Below are positions 49,301 through 62,664 of a stretch of 64,000 nucleotides of DNA, piece by piece; the first letter of the stretch is position 1; each line of letters opens with the position of its first letter. A program made the position numbers and the translations under genes. The stretch is taken from contig LSRY02000025.1 in assembly GCA_001643675.2 (NCBI GenBank), positions 992,001-1,056,000 of the forward strand, given 5' to 3'. Source of the DNA: Monocercomonoides exilis PA203 (Eukaryota > Protista > Preaxostyla). Under the pieces are notes generated by a model. The model saw only the letters and a program-made list of their open reading frames with translations, did no database searches and was not told where the DNA came from.

Positions 49301-52300
49301 CCTGATTTATAAAGAGATCAACAACGAAAAGAAGGGAAAGGCACTGATCATCCACGCAGTGAAGGGCATATCTATAAATGAGGAGCCATATGAAGAAAAA
49401 AGCTGGAATTCCTGTTAACCATCAGAGTGAAAAAAGGTTGAACATTCAGGAATATGACTGTATGTTGTTTCCATTTTGATAACAATAACTGATTGTAGCT
49501 GCCTTGTTATTGGCGAACAAACAGCTGTTGGGGGCACATGCTTCCTTTAACTGAGAAGACTGTGACTGCTGTGTTACTCTGGAAAATGATAAGAAGAAAA
49601 TCCAATTTGCGAATGTATTCCTTTAAATTTTGTGTTTCAAATGTGGTTACTCGTATGTTCATTTCTGACCAGTTGCTGATAGAGCCTTGTGAATACTGTG
49701 GATATTCTCTGTTTACCGAGCAGGCTTCAAGTGAAGCCGAGGTGCAATTATATAAGCACCACTGTTATGCACAAAATGTGGAAAGCTTTTTCAGAGCATC
49801 AGCAAAATTTGCGAGATCCGTTGGGTTTTTTTTTTTGAAATGATAAAGCGTGTTGATGACGAGCTGGTTCAGCAAAATGGTCGTCGAAGAGAGTAGAACA
49901 TGCTAAAGAAGCTGTCTGGCAGATTTTCTTTTCGAAAACAATGGAGCTTGGAGTTGAGGTTCAGATGCATCTCTGTTGGAGAAAAGAGTCAGGAGATAAA
50001 AGCAAGAGATCCGAAAAGGATGGAGAAGAGGGAAGACCGTGCAAAAGAGTTTGAATAATGTGAAAAGATGTGACAGAAATTGAGAAATGAACATCAGCGA
50101 GCTGGCAGAGTAAAAGCCATCAAGAACAATATTTTTCTAAACAGATTTAATTCGAATGTTGGAAAGGCAACTCTGGTGGTTGATGTGTAGGACGGCTGTG
50201 GATGTGGGTCCCAGGTGGACAAGCGCGGAGCCGAACTGACAGATAGAGAAGCATATATTTTGTCAGCAGAATATCAGCTTGGAACAGCAGAAGATGATAA
50301 AGTGGAGGCGTGAGGTTGAAGTTGATGCACAACATTGCAACTCTTCGCTCACACCGCTGACAAGAGCAAGCTGGATATCGCCAGACTTATGAGAGCATAA
50401 TGATTGTGAAGTTTGAAGATTTCAATACGAATTCTGCTCTGGGTTTGTAGAAAACAGCAAATGAGAGAAGCTTAAACACCTCAAAGGGATGAAAGCAAGA
50501 GGAATGCGAGTTTCGCAAAAGTGGATGGAGAATCGATGAGGATAAATGACTGTAACTAGGATGCTGAAGCGAAAGTGCAATGATCCAGATACCCACTCCC
50601 TTTTTGCTGCCTCCGCAGTCACATATGAAAGGGGTTATTGGGAAGTTTGTGTTAAAAAGGAGCATCGAGCGAAAAGCGGATCAGCTGAAAGAGAAACAAT
50701 GAAAGTGGGACTCAGTGAACAAGGAAGGCGATTCCTAAGAGGTGGAGAATAGTTAAAAAATAAAGCCAGCTGTTCATCAAAATATTTTGTTGTATCTGAA
50801 ACAGAAATATTTGTATTTCTATTTATTTATTCATAATTTCTTTGTATTTTTTTTCAATAGCTTTGATCAATTAATTTGAATAACTAATTTCCAGAATTAT
50901 TAATTTAAAAACAATTATTAACAATAAACAATAGTTTATTCTACAAATATTATGTGTTTCCATCATATTTTTCAATGTTTATTATTGAAAATTGATTGTT
51001 TTTATCTAAAGTTTTTTGATCTTCAATTTCAATTTCTAAAATACTTTGAAATGACATCATAAAACAAGTTTTTATATAAAAAATTGATTAATAACGTATC
51101 GAAGTTATTATTATCATGTTTATAATACTAGATAACATTTATATTGTTCTGAATATTTTAGTTTCGATATTCTCTGAAAATTTTTTATATATTTTTTTGA
51201 ATATTTCACAAAAACAATTGAAAACAAATTTTATTTAGCAAATAATTAATAATAGTGATATATTAAACAATATTTTCACTTAATTTTTCAAAAATTTTTT
51301 CTAATCAACCCAACCCTTAATGAAAAATTTTTTTGATCAAACGTCGGAATTTTTTATGATATCAAAAAAAATCACCCATATTATCAAATTTTTGATTCTT
51401 TAAAAAGAAATGTTATTGTGAATTTCTTGAATTGAAACTGTGTCTATATTTTTCCGAAAAGAGAAAACTCAATGAAAGCTCTCCAAAATATCCTTCTCCT
51501 GATCCAAATTTGTTTCCAAATTAAAACATTATACACATTTATGATATTTTTTCTCAACATCAAAAAGAATAAGTGCAAAGAGAAATTTTAGTAATAAATC
51601 CATGTTTAATGACCTGTTCATTCAACAAATTGAATTCTTCCGATATGATATGTGTTGTTTTAGTAGTACAGCTAAATCCAGACAGAAAATGGAAGTTTAT
51701 TGAACAAATGAATGAAAATATTTTGTTGTTTGAATTTTGTTCCAAACAATATGTGTGACCATTTTTTTAAACCTAACTTTTTACGGTATGTTGTTTTTTC
51801 AAAGATTGTTTATCATGAAAAAAATATTTAGAAATCTTATTTATAAAATAACTATAACTGTTTTAATTACAAATGTTTTTTCCGAATAAAAGATGTTAAT
51901 TTTTTTTATAAGCCTTGCCACTTTTCACGATTCATTTGTTGATATTCATGGGAATTTTTTGAACCGAAATTTCTAAATGAAAAAACATTATTTCTAAAAT
52001 AATCAGTCATATACTTATCGTTAACATAATGGCAGTTTTCTTCGCAAGTTAATATGTTATTCTTTTTCAAAAAACTCCATTGTTTTATTTTCTGTTTCAT
52101 TTGAATATTTCAATTTTTAATCAGTTTTTGTTGTGAACACAACATATATCTCCAAAATGTTTTCCAACTTATGTGTGAAAAAATGATGTGAATAAAATTA
52201 TTTTTTGGAAAAGATTGAAGTGTTTGAAGCAAAAACAAATCAATGAATTGATGAATTCTCGAAAACAGAAAGTTTTGCAAGTGCGATTTTTCAAAAAGAA

Positions 52301-52610
52301 TAACGCAAATGAAACTTCTCTTTACAAAAAATTTATTCATAATGTTTTTTAAAAAAAATTTTTTTTGCCTTTTTCAAAAAAAGAAAAGAATTCATTTTCA
52401 TTTTCAAAATTGAAAATTTTCTGATTTTCTTTGAAATCACATATTGTTTTTTTTGAAATTTAATGACAATTTTAATTTTTAATGAAACAAATGAGATAAT
52501 TCAAATAGTTGTTTTCTTTCGATTATTCGAAATAATAATAATAAAAATGTAATGTCAAAGTTGGAGTGATGATTTGTGAAACAAAAAAAAAACCTTTTGA
52601 ATAACAAATT

Positions 52611-52866
52611 TGGGTGATTATTTTTGAAATCATATTTTTCATTTAATAATTTCGGTGCAAAAATATTTCTTGAATATCAATAAAAAATTGAAAAAGCAAA
52701 AAGGCTTATTGAATACATTTTTATCTTCGATTCGGAAAAACATTTTGTTTAAAAAAATAATTATCATGCTTTTTCTGTTTTGAATACAAATTTTTTTTCA
52801 AAAAACGAACATTTTCTGAAAAATCAACACCCCGAAAAAATATATGATTTCAAAAATAATCACCCA
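52611..52866. mobile_element. ~256-bp MITE, copy 2 of the TGGGTGATT family
   Basis: tgggtgattatttttgaaatcatat...atatgatttcaaaaataatcaccca; interior aligns with 27536-27796. Further single ends near 63764 and ~51378. Confidence 0.78.
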
Positions 52867-52933
52867 CATTCAAGCTCATCGTTAAAAGATTAATAGTTTC
52901 TTTTCAATAAAACAGTTAGCACAATTTGGAATA

Positions 52934-53382
52934 CAGTCAAAACCGGATATAATCACATCGAATACAATCACATTCGTTTATAGTCACATTTTTCCATTGA
53001 CCGACATTTTTTGACAGTTTTTATTCATTTTTCATCTCACACAATCACGGGGCTGAAAATATATAATCGCATTTTTTTATTATTATGTGTGATTTTTTCA
53101 TTGAAAAATCGATTTTTTGATCAAAATTTTCAATTTTTGATTTTTTAAAATAATATTTAAATAAGTCTGAATTACATAATAAAACAATAAAAATTGTTAT
53201 TTCTATTGAAAAATGTGTATTTGTCAAGTTTTTTCAAAAATAAAAAAATTGACCCAAAATTAATTATTTCAAAAATTTAATTTCATTTTTTTCTGTGTTA
53301 AGTCACATCGCTTATAATCACAATCGGATATAGTCACAAAAAGTCGTGCAAAAACCTGTGTGATTATATCCGGTTTTGACTG
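52934..53382. mobile_element. 449-bp pogo/Tigger-like MITE
   Basis: Perfect 24-bp TIR CAGTCAAAACCGGATATAATCACA / TGTGATTATATCCGGTTTTGACTG, TA at the left flank, subterminal tata(a/g)tcaca repeats. Confidence 0.85.
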
Positions 53383-56300
53383 AAATTTTATTTTTATATT
53401 TTTTATAATTTTTTATTTTTTCATTTTGTGTGTGTCTAAGCAACATTATATTTTTCCGATTATTTCTTCTTCTTTCAAAAACTCAGCCATTTTCTCTTTG
53501 ACTTATTTGAACATGAATCTCATTCATCGTTTTGTTCACATTCAATGGCAATTCTTCCATCACTGAAACAAAGTTATTTATACGCATAAGCGTTTATTAT
53601 GTTTTACACACAACTTCCACAGATGATTTCTTTCATAAAATATTCTTTATTCGATAAATGATATTTGTTCTGAATGCTAAAATAATTTATCTTTTTGCTT
53701 CGAGACTTTGACTTGAGAAAATTTTCGTTAACGAGAGATCTGTGAACAGAAAGAAAGAAAGAAGGAGAAAGAAAGAAAGAAAGCAAAAAAACTGTTAAAG
53801 TTTATTGGATATATTTCCAACTTTTCAACAAATCAATCAGTCACTTCCGTTTGATGAAAGTGATGATTTGTTCAAGATGATATATAAATCATTCCGTTCT
53901 TGAGAAGTTTGATTTTTTTTTTTTTGAAATGTTGAAAGAAATGGATTTGTTGAAGAAGATTAAAAGTTAGAAAGAACTTATATGATGAAACAAACAAAAC
54001 TCATGAAAGCTGAATGGAATAAGGGAAAGAAGAAAATGAAAGAAGATGAAGAAAAAGATTTTTTTTTTAACATGATCAAATGAAACAAATAACTCCTCAG
54101 AAAGTTCAAATGAATCTTCATTTGAGGATGTTTCAGTCTTTCAACAGAAAATGAGTGCAATTCCGGATGAATGGAATTTGAAAAAACAGGAATAGTTCCA
54201 AATCCACATTGAAATCGATTCAATGTCTGATGAAGCCAAAGAGTGTCAGAGAATAAATGGGAAGAAAGGACATAAAGATGATTTGATCAAAAAAGAAGAT
54301 GAAGCGAATTTATTCCATCAAGAATTTAGAAGGAAACTGTTTTGTGAAGAGATGGAAATCTGTTTTGTTGAAAAGGAACACGAAAGATTTAAAAATGACG
54401 AAAAGAAAAGAAAGAAATAAAACAAAGGAATTTGTCTGATGCTTGGAAAAGTTAAAAGAAAAGAAGAAGAAAGCGATGTTGAAGCAAATTTGCAGATGAA
54501 AAGTGCAGAAGAAGAGGAAAAGGAGAAACAAACCATGAAGAAACCATTTTCGAATGAAATGACTCAGAACAATGATGATTTTCTCAGAGCAAATATCATG
54601 AAAAATTATATTTCATTTGCATCAATGAAACAAAGACAACAGAAAACCAATGAATGAAATGATGACTCGTTAATCAACAAAAAATACCAGCGGAACTTCA
54701 ATCGACTTGCTTCCTGACTCAACTGATCGTGAAATCCGCATTGTATTCTTTATCTTCTGCATCGCCTCGTTTTCCATCTGTCAATCAATCAATCAATCTG
54801 TCTGTCTATCTTTCTTTATCTTCATCTTCTTTTTTCACACATGTTTTGACGATCATCCAGCGTGTGACTTTCAACAATGGAAGGAATTGTTCCAATTTCT
54901 GAGCAGACAAAATGAAAAAGTCTTCTATTCTTTTCTTCTTTGTGAGGAGAAGCGTGAAAAAGTTAGGAGTTGCTATTTTTTGACGGATAGATGAAGAACG
55001 GGAGAATTGTCACTGTAGAAAAGGAAGAAGCAGAAACAGAAGAAACAACAGGGAAACCTTAACTGGTGCGAAGATATGAATTGGACTGAGTTGGATGAGA
55101 AGATGAGCTGAGAGAAATGAAAAAGAGAGAGAGGGAGTGAGAGGGAGAAAGAGAAAGAGAAAGAAAAGGGAATTTCGAGGAAAGAAATCAGAAATCTGGA
55201 AGAATGTTCAGATGGAGATGAAGAGATGCTCTGGGATTATTACCAAAAGAATTACCTTTGGGGATGGAGGTTGCAGCTGCTTTGTATTTGTCGGGGATGA
55301 CAGAAGTTATGAGGAGGTGAAATGAATGCGAAGATGATTTGACAAAAGAGGAGAGATTAAAGAACAATGAAGGTGTGCAACATTTTTTGTGACTTTATTT
55401 AATTGATTTTTCTTTGATTTATTGTTTTTTTTTTCACGAGAACTGATGTCAGAGTTTTTGTTGGTGTCTTTCAAAAGCCATGATGGAATCCAAAATAGCA
55501 TTGGAAGCTGGCAATGGATGAGTATTTGGAAAGATTTGTGGAAAAGAACACGAATGAGTCATTGGCAGAATAAGTTTCGAAGATAAGTGGAGCTTTTATA
55601 TTTTTTAACAAGACATCTTTGATGAACAGCAGAAGGAGCTGGGAAAGAGAAGCAGGCGAATTGGGACAATGGCAAACATCAAATTGAAGGAATGGAAAAG
55701 AAAAGGAGAGATGAACGGAAGACTGTTTGGAGGAGATAGCGACATGGGGATGAAGATGAGAGAAAGGGAAGGAAGAGGAGAAGGAGGAGGAGAAGGAGGG
55801 TAAAGAGGATGAAGAGATGCAGGAGAAAGAGAAGAAGAAAGAGAAGGAGGAGGGAGTGTATTGGTGAGTGAGACTCATTTCTCTTCTTTTTGTGTGTCTT
55901 CAGCCCCATTCATTTCATCGAACTTTGTATGTATTTCCAAACCGACCTTCGTCAACATCTCAACAAATCCATCGAAAACAACCCATCCGGCAGAAGGGCC
56001 GAGCCAAACCTCGTTTCTGATGAGTGGATGTGAATTTTCATCAGAATGGGATTAATATGATGGGGGCATTGTTTACTCTCTGAAAAACTCCTCAACTTCT
56101 TTGACTGTCTCGAACACCTCTTTTGTCAAATGCTATTGATCAGGGAATGTTGTAATCAGTGGAGGTGCAGGGAATCCACTGAAACCGAGGAGACAGAATC
56201 AGAGAGATAATGGGGCTTATTCTTTCACCAGGTGCAAATGGAATGGATCGAAAAGAACCAAAAGCAATGAATCACTTGCTGGTAGAATTTCGAGAGGAGG

Positions 56301-56790
56301 GATTGCAAGCACAAGCAGTCTGACACAGAGAATTCTTGAAGCGAAGTATTGTTGATTACATTGCTTCGCTTCATGTGCTTGACCGTTGTTTTTGCTTTTT
56401 GAACCATTTTATTTTAATTAAAAAAATCAGAGTTGGAAAAAAAAAATGCGAAAGGATCGATTATAATATTTCGTGGGCTGCTTGTTTGTTTTGATAATGT
56501 GAAATTTAAATATATCGCAGAGTGAGATTTGTTGGCATTCAAGTGACAAAAACAATTTTGAAGCAAATTTTTTCTAGTTTTTTATCTCTATTACAAAAAA
56601 GAAAATTAAAAGTTTGTGCACACTTGATGATGTTTCAAATAACTTTTTTTAATAACTAATGGAATTGAATCTTCAAATTTTTTGGCAATTCATATATTTT
56701 TTATTTTACAGAAACTCAAAAAAGATAAACTTCATTTTGACAATTATTTCATTTCAATATAAGTTTTTTTCCTATGCAAAAATAACTGTA

Positions 56791-57316
56791 AAGTGTAACT
56801 TATTGGGTCCGAAATTTTTTTTTTCATAAATCATCTTAATATGTTTCTTTAAAATACTCTATTGTTGATAATTCGATTAATAAATGTGTTGTTGAGTTTC
56901 ATAAGCTTACACATTAGTTGTGAATTTCAGTAATATCACAAAAAATTGAACCATAATTTTCAAAATTTGACATAAACAAAAATTTTCTTCTTCATTCTCC
57001 AAACTATTTCTTTCTTTATTTAACTTTAATCATAAAATCCTTAGATTTAATTGTTGTTTTGAACATAATCTGAAGATATTTTATCATCTTTATTGTGTAA
57101 TTTTTTAAACACTCAAAAAATTATGAATAAAACTTTCTTTCCATTTGAGTGAAAATGATTTTTCACAATGTTTTGATAGGGTTTTTCAACATAAAAACAT
57201 AATTTTTCTAACCTTAAAACATCATTCGAAGAATGTTTTCATTAGAGGGTATCAAATTTGGTGATATATTCATATTATTTCACAACAAAAATCGGGACCC
57301 AAAATGTTCCATCTTA
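56791..57316. mobile_element. Degenerate MITE-like insertion specific to copy B
   Basis: Imperfect inverted ends aagtgtaacttattgggtccgaaattttt / aaaaatcgggacccaaaatgttccatctt; absent from copy A. Confidence 0.45.
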
Positions 57317-57592
57317 CCAAAAATAACTTATTTGAATTAAATTTTCAGTCAATTTAATGATTCATTTTCAAACTTTCAAATTATCAAATTTTGTGTGTAA
57401 ATTGAATAATGGTCAATAATGATTTAATATTAAAAGACATTATCATTTTCTCAGATTCAACTCTATTTCATTCATCCTCCAAAAGGAAAAAAAAGTTTGT
57501 CAAAAAAGAATCGAAGAAAAGCGATTATTTGTGGTATGATCGTTTCCATATTTCAAAAATAGTTATTGAAAAAACAGCTTTAAACAGTATTT

Positions 57593-59335
57593 ATGATGAT
57601 CCCTTGTATTGCGTTCGTATTTGCATTGGGGCTGAATGCGGTTGAAGTGCAAGCAGGACCTGCAGCCATGACCACGCTTTGGGCTTCAGACAGAGAGAAT
57701 GGAATTGGCTGTTTGACAAAGGCAGTGAATTCGTCGATGAGAGTTGTGCGCGCCAAGCTGATTGGTGTGCAAAAAGGTTCAATCGGAGAGTTTGTGGCAG
57801 GCTCTGAAGTGATCCTACAGGACTGCGTGATTGAGGCGACGAACACAGAAAAGTCACCATTTTTGCTTGCTGGGTCGTCTTTGGTTGCAAACGGCATTGA
57901 GATTGTTGCACAGCAGCATGGCTCTGTTGCGTGCTTCTGCGAGAACAGAGATGGGCAGGAGGAACTGCTCCTGAAGGATTCGAGGTTCGATAATCTCATG
58001 TGTGTGGGGAAAAGTTCGTTCCTTCCGGTGCAGGGGAAGGGGATGTCTGTTGTGGATTGCGCATTCAACAACGCTACAAAGCAAAGGGGATTTGTTGGAA
58101 TTCCGCATGCGCCAGGGTGCTTGGAGACACATTTGAGTGGATCGAACTTTTTCAATTGCTGGAATGTGTTTTATGGGGGAGTCATGGGAGGAATGAATGT
58201 GCATGTGTTTGCTTCGAGCAATTGCAGCTTTTGTCAGTGCAAGCACAACTTGCAATTTCGATCGGTTGGACAGTATGATCCTAATCCTCCTTCTCCTGGG
58301 CAGCCAACAGTAAAATCGTATGAAGGAGAAAAATTCGAATCTCACCAAGAATTTAGTAATGCTTTATTGACTTTCACAAATTGCATTTTCTCCTCGTGCG
58401 AAGGAAGTTTTGGGGGAGGTCTAAATATTCAAGGCAGCACTGGAGAGATTATTTCTTGTACATTTGAAAGCTGCTCAGCTCAGAACGTTGGTGGTGCATT
58501 GTATTCGAGTGTGTTTGGTCTTAATGTATCTATAAAGAAAAGCAAGTTCAATAAGTGCTCAATTACAAACAATAACGGAGAAAGTGGTTCATCTTTATTA
58601 AGTTATGGGGGTGCTATTTGTCTCACAGGAAATAATTATAAGTTATCTGAACTAACTGGAGAAAAGTGCGTTGCAGGATCAGGAGGATTTATGTATGCAT
58701 CATTAAAATCGGATGTGATTTGGGAAGGGCTTTCGATAAAGGAGTGCAAGACGACAGTTGGGGATTCATTAAATATGGGTGGTGCCATATACTTTTCTGA
58801 AAATCTTTTGTTAACAATCAAGGAGTCATTGTTCCAGAAATGTGAAGCTGGTTTAACTGGAGGAGCGTTGTCTATTGGCAATGTTGCGAAAGCATCTGAT
58901 CTTCACATTCTGAACTGTAAGTTTAGAGAAAACAAAGCAATTGGAAACACTAAATATATTGATGAAATGAATGCATATTTGCCCGAGGAAGATAAAATTA
59001 AGTTTACAAAGAAAATGTGCGTGAGTGACATTTTTATCTTGGGTAACGAAACCGAAGGCAAATTTACGAAAGACAATTTTGCCGGAACAACTTCTTCGAG
59101 CAAGAAGCCGCGGACATACAGTGATTCGCAAGAAAACTTTGACAATTTGATAAAAGGAGCCCTGTCAACAGGAGGGATTATTGGACTTGTTATTGGCTTG
59201 GTTGCAGCTGTTATTATAATTGTTGTAGTGATTATTATCGTTGTGTGTGTTGTGAAGAAAAAGAAAGCGAAGAAAGAAGATAAGGATAAGGAAATGGAGT
59301 CTGTTGAAGCATCAAAACAAGGAGAAACTGCTTAA
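57593..59335 (+). CDS. Type I membrane beta-helix surface protein (paralog B)
   Basis: 580-aa ORF; first ~222 aa and the TM region nearly identical to 4164-5939, middle region divergent. Confidence 0.85.
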   Translation: MMIPCIAFVFALGLNAVEVQAGPAAMTTLWASDRENGIGCLTKAVNSSMRVVRAKLIGVQKGSIGEFVAGSEVILQDCVIEATNTEKSPFLLAGSSLVANGIEIVAQQHGSVACFCENRDGQEELLLKDSRFDNLMCVGKSSFLPVQGKGMSVVDCAFNNATKQRGFVGIPHAPGCLETHLSGSNFFNCWNVFYGGVMGGMNVHVFASSNCSFCQCKHNLQFRSVGQYDPNPPSPGQPTVKSYEGEKFESHQEFSNALLTFTNCIFSSCEGSFGGGLNIQGSTGEIISCTFESCSAQNVGGALYSSVFGLNVSIKKSKFNKCSITNNNGESGSSLLSYGGAICLTGNNYKLSELTGEKCVAGSGGFMYASLKSDVIWEGLSIKECKTTVGDSLNMGGAIYFSENLLLTIKESLFQKCEAGLTGGALSIGNVAKASDLHILNCKFRENKAIGNTKYIDEMNAYLPEEDKIKFTKKMCVSDIFILGNETEGKFTKDNFAGTTSSSKKPRTYSDSQENFDNLIKGALSTGGIIGLVIGLVAAVIIIVVVIIIVVCVVKKKKAKKEDKDKEMESVEASKQGETA

Positions 59336-60966
59336 GACACTCCATCAGCATCGTTTTATTGGGCTTTTCTGTTGTTTCTATTTTGTTATTTATTTCGAGT
59401 TCCTGTTTCTTTAATATTCAGTTTTCTTTTAATTTGATTTTTCGCTAATGAGATTGTACTTCCCATAGTTATGCCGCTGTTTGCATATTTATGCAAACTT
59501 TTGTTGATTAACCTGTTTTCTTTTATAGTCATTTTTGACGATCTGCTAAAGGCTCATTTTGTTGCTTTTAATCGACTTTAATTTTTTATTTTTTTATTTT
59601 TTTGAGACTGGTGGAATTGATGATTAAGGGACTCGACTTAAATCAAACAGAATCTATTACGCTTTAACCAAATTGATTATTGTATTTATTTCTTGTTTTT
59701 TAATCTTAAACTTTTGTATTTCTTTTTCTATTTTTAATGTTTAACTTGAGCAATGGTGCCATTTCCCATCCAACCTTTATGGTTGAAAAGATTCCTTTCA
59801 ACTTTTGGATAATATTTTAACAATCTTTTTTTTTTTTTTTATTTTTTAATCGCCTTAACGTGAAACTGTAAACAAGAGAATAAATAAATAACGTGATAAC
59901 ACTTTTATATGGATACCAAGCTTTTGAAAAGAGTTACTTGTATTTAAATGAAAAGTGAAATAATAAATGAATAAAAAAAGAATTGGCAATATTTCAAAAG
60001 ACAGCGTATCTTCAAAACAAACTTTCTTGAAAAGTCCTTCCGTTGTTTTGATAAAATATTTGTTACTGCGTATTTGAACTTTAGCGGAACAAATTGTTCT
60101 CATCCATCAGTGAAGTTTTTTGTTCAAATAGGTGTTTTTATCACACAAATCGAGTGATTGTTGCGTTGCGATTAGAACTTTCATCTTCTTTTTTGTCCTC
60201 TGAATAGAAAAAATAATAAAAATCAATAGTTTGTTTTTGGATTAAAGTTTTACCAAAATGAAAGAAATTGCATCGAACCCCTTAAAAGCATTGAAAATGT
60301 CGAAAAGTGGTTCGAACTTATTGACCTCATTTGGAAGTGTAAAGTCCGGGTCACACTTTACCCCCTTTTTTTGCTTGCTTATTTTTGCTGTTTTATTGTC
60401 ACTTTATGGAACCTTTGGCCTGATAAAGTTCAAACACACCTTTCAAAAAAAGAAACCTTGTTTAAAAACATATTATTGGTAAAATAAAAGTGTTGCAATA
60501 TCCAAAAATAACTAACAATAATACAAAAACACTTAAAAATAAATTATCTAATTGCGCACTTTCTGAACATTTGCTATCGGCGAAACAAAAATTACACAAT
60601 TTCTCTGATAAAAAAAAAATATGTGAACAGAACTCTCCAGAAACTCGCAACAAGCTCTTAAATGATTGCACTTTCAATTTTTTTGTTTCTCTCATTTATC
60701 CAATTTAACTGAAAATATAATTATGCAGCAAGCTCCACTTGAAAAAGTACAAAAATAAAAATACACTGAATCACTTGAACTATCTATGAGAGCAGGTCAT
60801 TCAAGTTTTTCTTTAAATATTCAACATTCTCCAAATTATGTGCAAACGATTTCATTTGTTAGTATTTCTTCAGAGCAGAAATGAGTGCAATATTTCACGT
60901 AGAAAAGGATTTTCTCCAAGAAACATTTAAACCTTCATATACCACCTTGTATCAACATAAGTTAAC

Positions 60967-62664
60967 TTATTGGCAATCATCTTGAATGCAATGCTCTTCT
61001 ATTTTCTCAACTCTTTGCTCGTCTTGAATTGTGTTTGAAAGTTGTATTAGCTTTTTCTTTTTCTTTTTCTTTTTTATAACTTTTACAATGACTTTCTTTG
61101 GATGCTCATTTTCCTCCAACGGCTGTATTCCAAGCTGCTCCTGCTGATCAGACAGAGTAGACGCACATTCTTGTGGCTTAACCATCAAACTGGAAGGATT
61201 AAGCGGGACGTATGATGTGGATGCAGTAACATTTTTGCCTCCCATGCCATTTCCATTCTGAAATGAATAGCGTGCTGACATCTTTGTTCCAGACGAGGAG
61301 AAAGAAGACACAGACGAGGAAGACGGGAGTGAGACCTTTCTTTGAACAGAATGAAGAGAAGAAGAGACAGGCGGTGCGCGGAGAAAGGGAATTGAGAGTG
61401 TTGAGTGTACATGGCGGAAAGATTCAACAGACGATCCAGATTCGCTTGAAGCAATAGTCGAAAAGCTATCAGTGCGACTCAGAGTATCTTCCATATCCCC
61501 TGAGATATTCAGCTCTCTTTTTGCTGTTCTTTTCCTTCTTTTCTTTCGTTTCTTCCTTTCTGGAGCTGAAAAAGTACTTTTCCCATCTTCATCGCCAGAT
61601 TCATTCCTTGAATCCTGTATTCTGCTCTCCTTATCGTATGATGAGTTCATGTTCCTTTTTTCTGTTGCATGATCTCCTGAAGGAAGCGCCCCACCTCCCC
61701 AACGAATTTCTGTTTCTTTATTGTGAATTCTTTTCTTTTTGATTTCATAGATTTTTGATAGATCAGCCGTATTCAGTATCTTCATCCCCGTGAGTAAAAG
61801 CATTGTTATAGTCAAAAGAAATTCTCCAAAAAAACTCTTCATGATTGAGCATATTCCGGATCCAAGAGTATTCAGATGCATGTGGAACACAAACAAATAA
61901 AATATCGCGCGAAATGTGAAGAGAAACCAGCTTATAATCGACTGGATATTTGTCTTTATCTTTAGCATTCGAAATGATTTCAGTTCCTTAAGATTTAACT
62001 TAGACAATTTGCGAGTTACAAGAATTCCGTATATCAGATATAACAAGGAAATAATGAAATTCCATGAAACAAAATAATACAGCTCTGTCTCTTGTAAATT
62101 TATAAAAGCCACTGGATTGCTATCTCGAGTAACACAATTACAAATTATAAGTAGCAAAGGAATTAATAGTCCAAATAAGACGATTCCAATTTTCAAAAGA
62201 ACCAATGGATTAAATCCCCTTTGACGACGGTGAATTACAGTTGCCCATTGAATCACAATAATTAGAAAAATTGCATCAAAAAGATAATTACTTATTGCTA
62301 ACAAAATTTTAGTTACAATCAACTCGGTGAATGGAGTTTCGCAAATTCCTGGCCAGCACGCTGCTGAAAGAGCACTTTATTAAGATAAATCAAATTTTCA
62401 AGTGTCAAATCAACAAAAAGCACACCGCATAAATACTGGTAATGGAAGCAGAATATAAAACAACGATTTGAATGAAAAAGGAAAGGATTTTGTTCTGTAA
62501 TAACGAAGTATAACTTGGCGAAAAAGTTCTTCTGCTGCAGATAAAAAAGCTGCTGCTTCGATGGCACTAAAAATATAAAACTCCATTATTCTCAAACTTA
62601 ACAACAATTCATACAATTCTATCCAATGACCGTAGGTGCAAAATGAATGTTTGATTTCATTCAT
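60967..62664 (-). CDS. Multi-pass membrane protein, possibly THH1/TOM1/GPR137-like 7TM, with a long basic/Ser-rich C-tail; 5' exon probably 62410-62664
   Basis: Several hydrophobic helices in ORF 60967-62322 (LFDAIFLIIVIQW, LYLIYGILVTRKL, FLFTFRAIF) plus two in the upstream ORF. Junction unresolved; family call tentative. Confidence 0.5.

Larger units (their letters stand above)
54090..59800 (+). repeat. Segmental direct duplication, copy B
   Basis: Collinear with 1165-6410 except for a non-matching block (~56630-57370) and the variable part of the CDS. Confidence 0.92.

Noticed and set aside
46330-50760. Short ORFs in purine-rich patches (also 13000-15400 and 37500-39600)
   Set aside because: Low-complexity, frequently interrupted and without identifiable domains; treated as gene debris.
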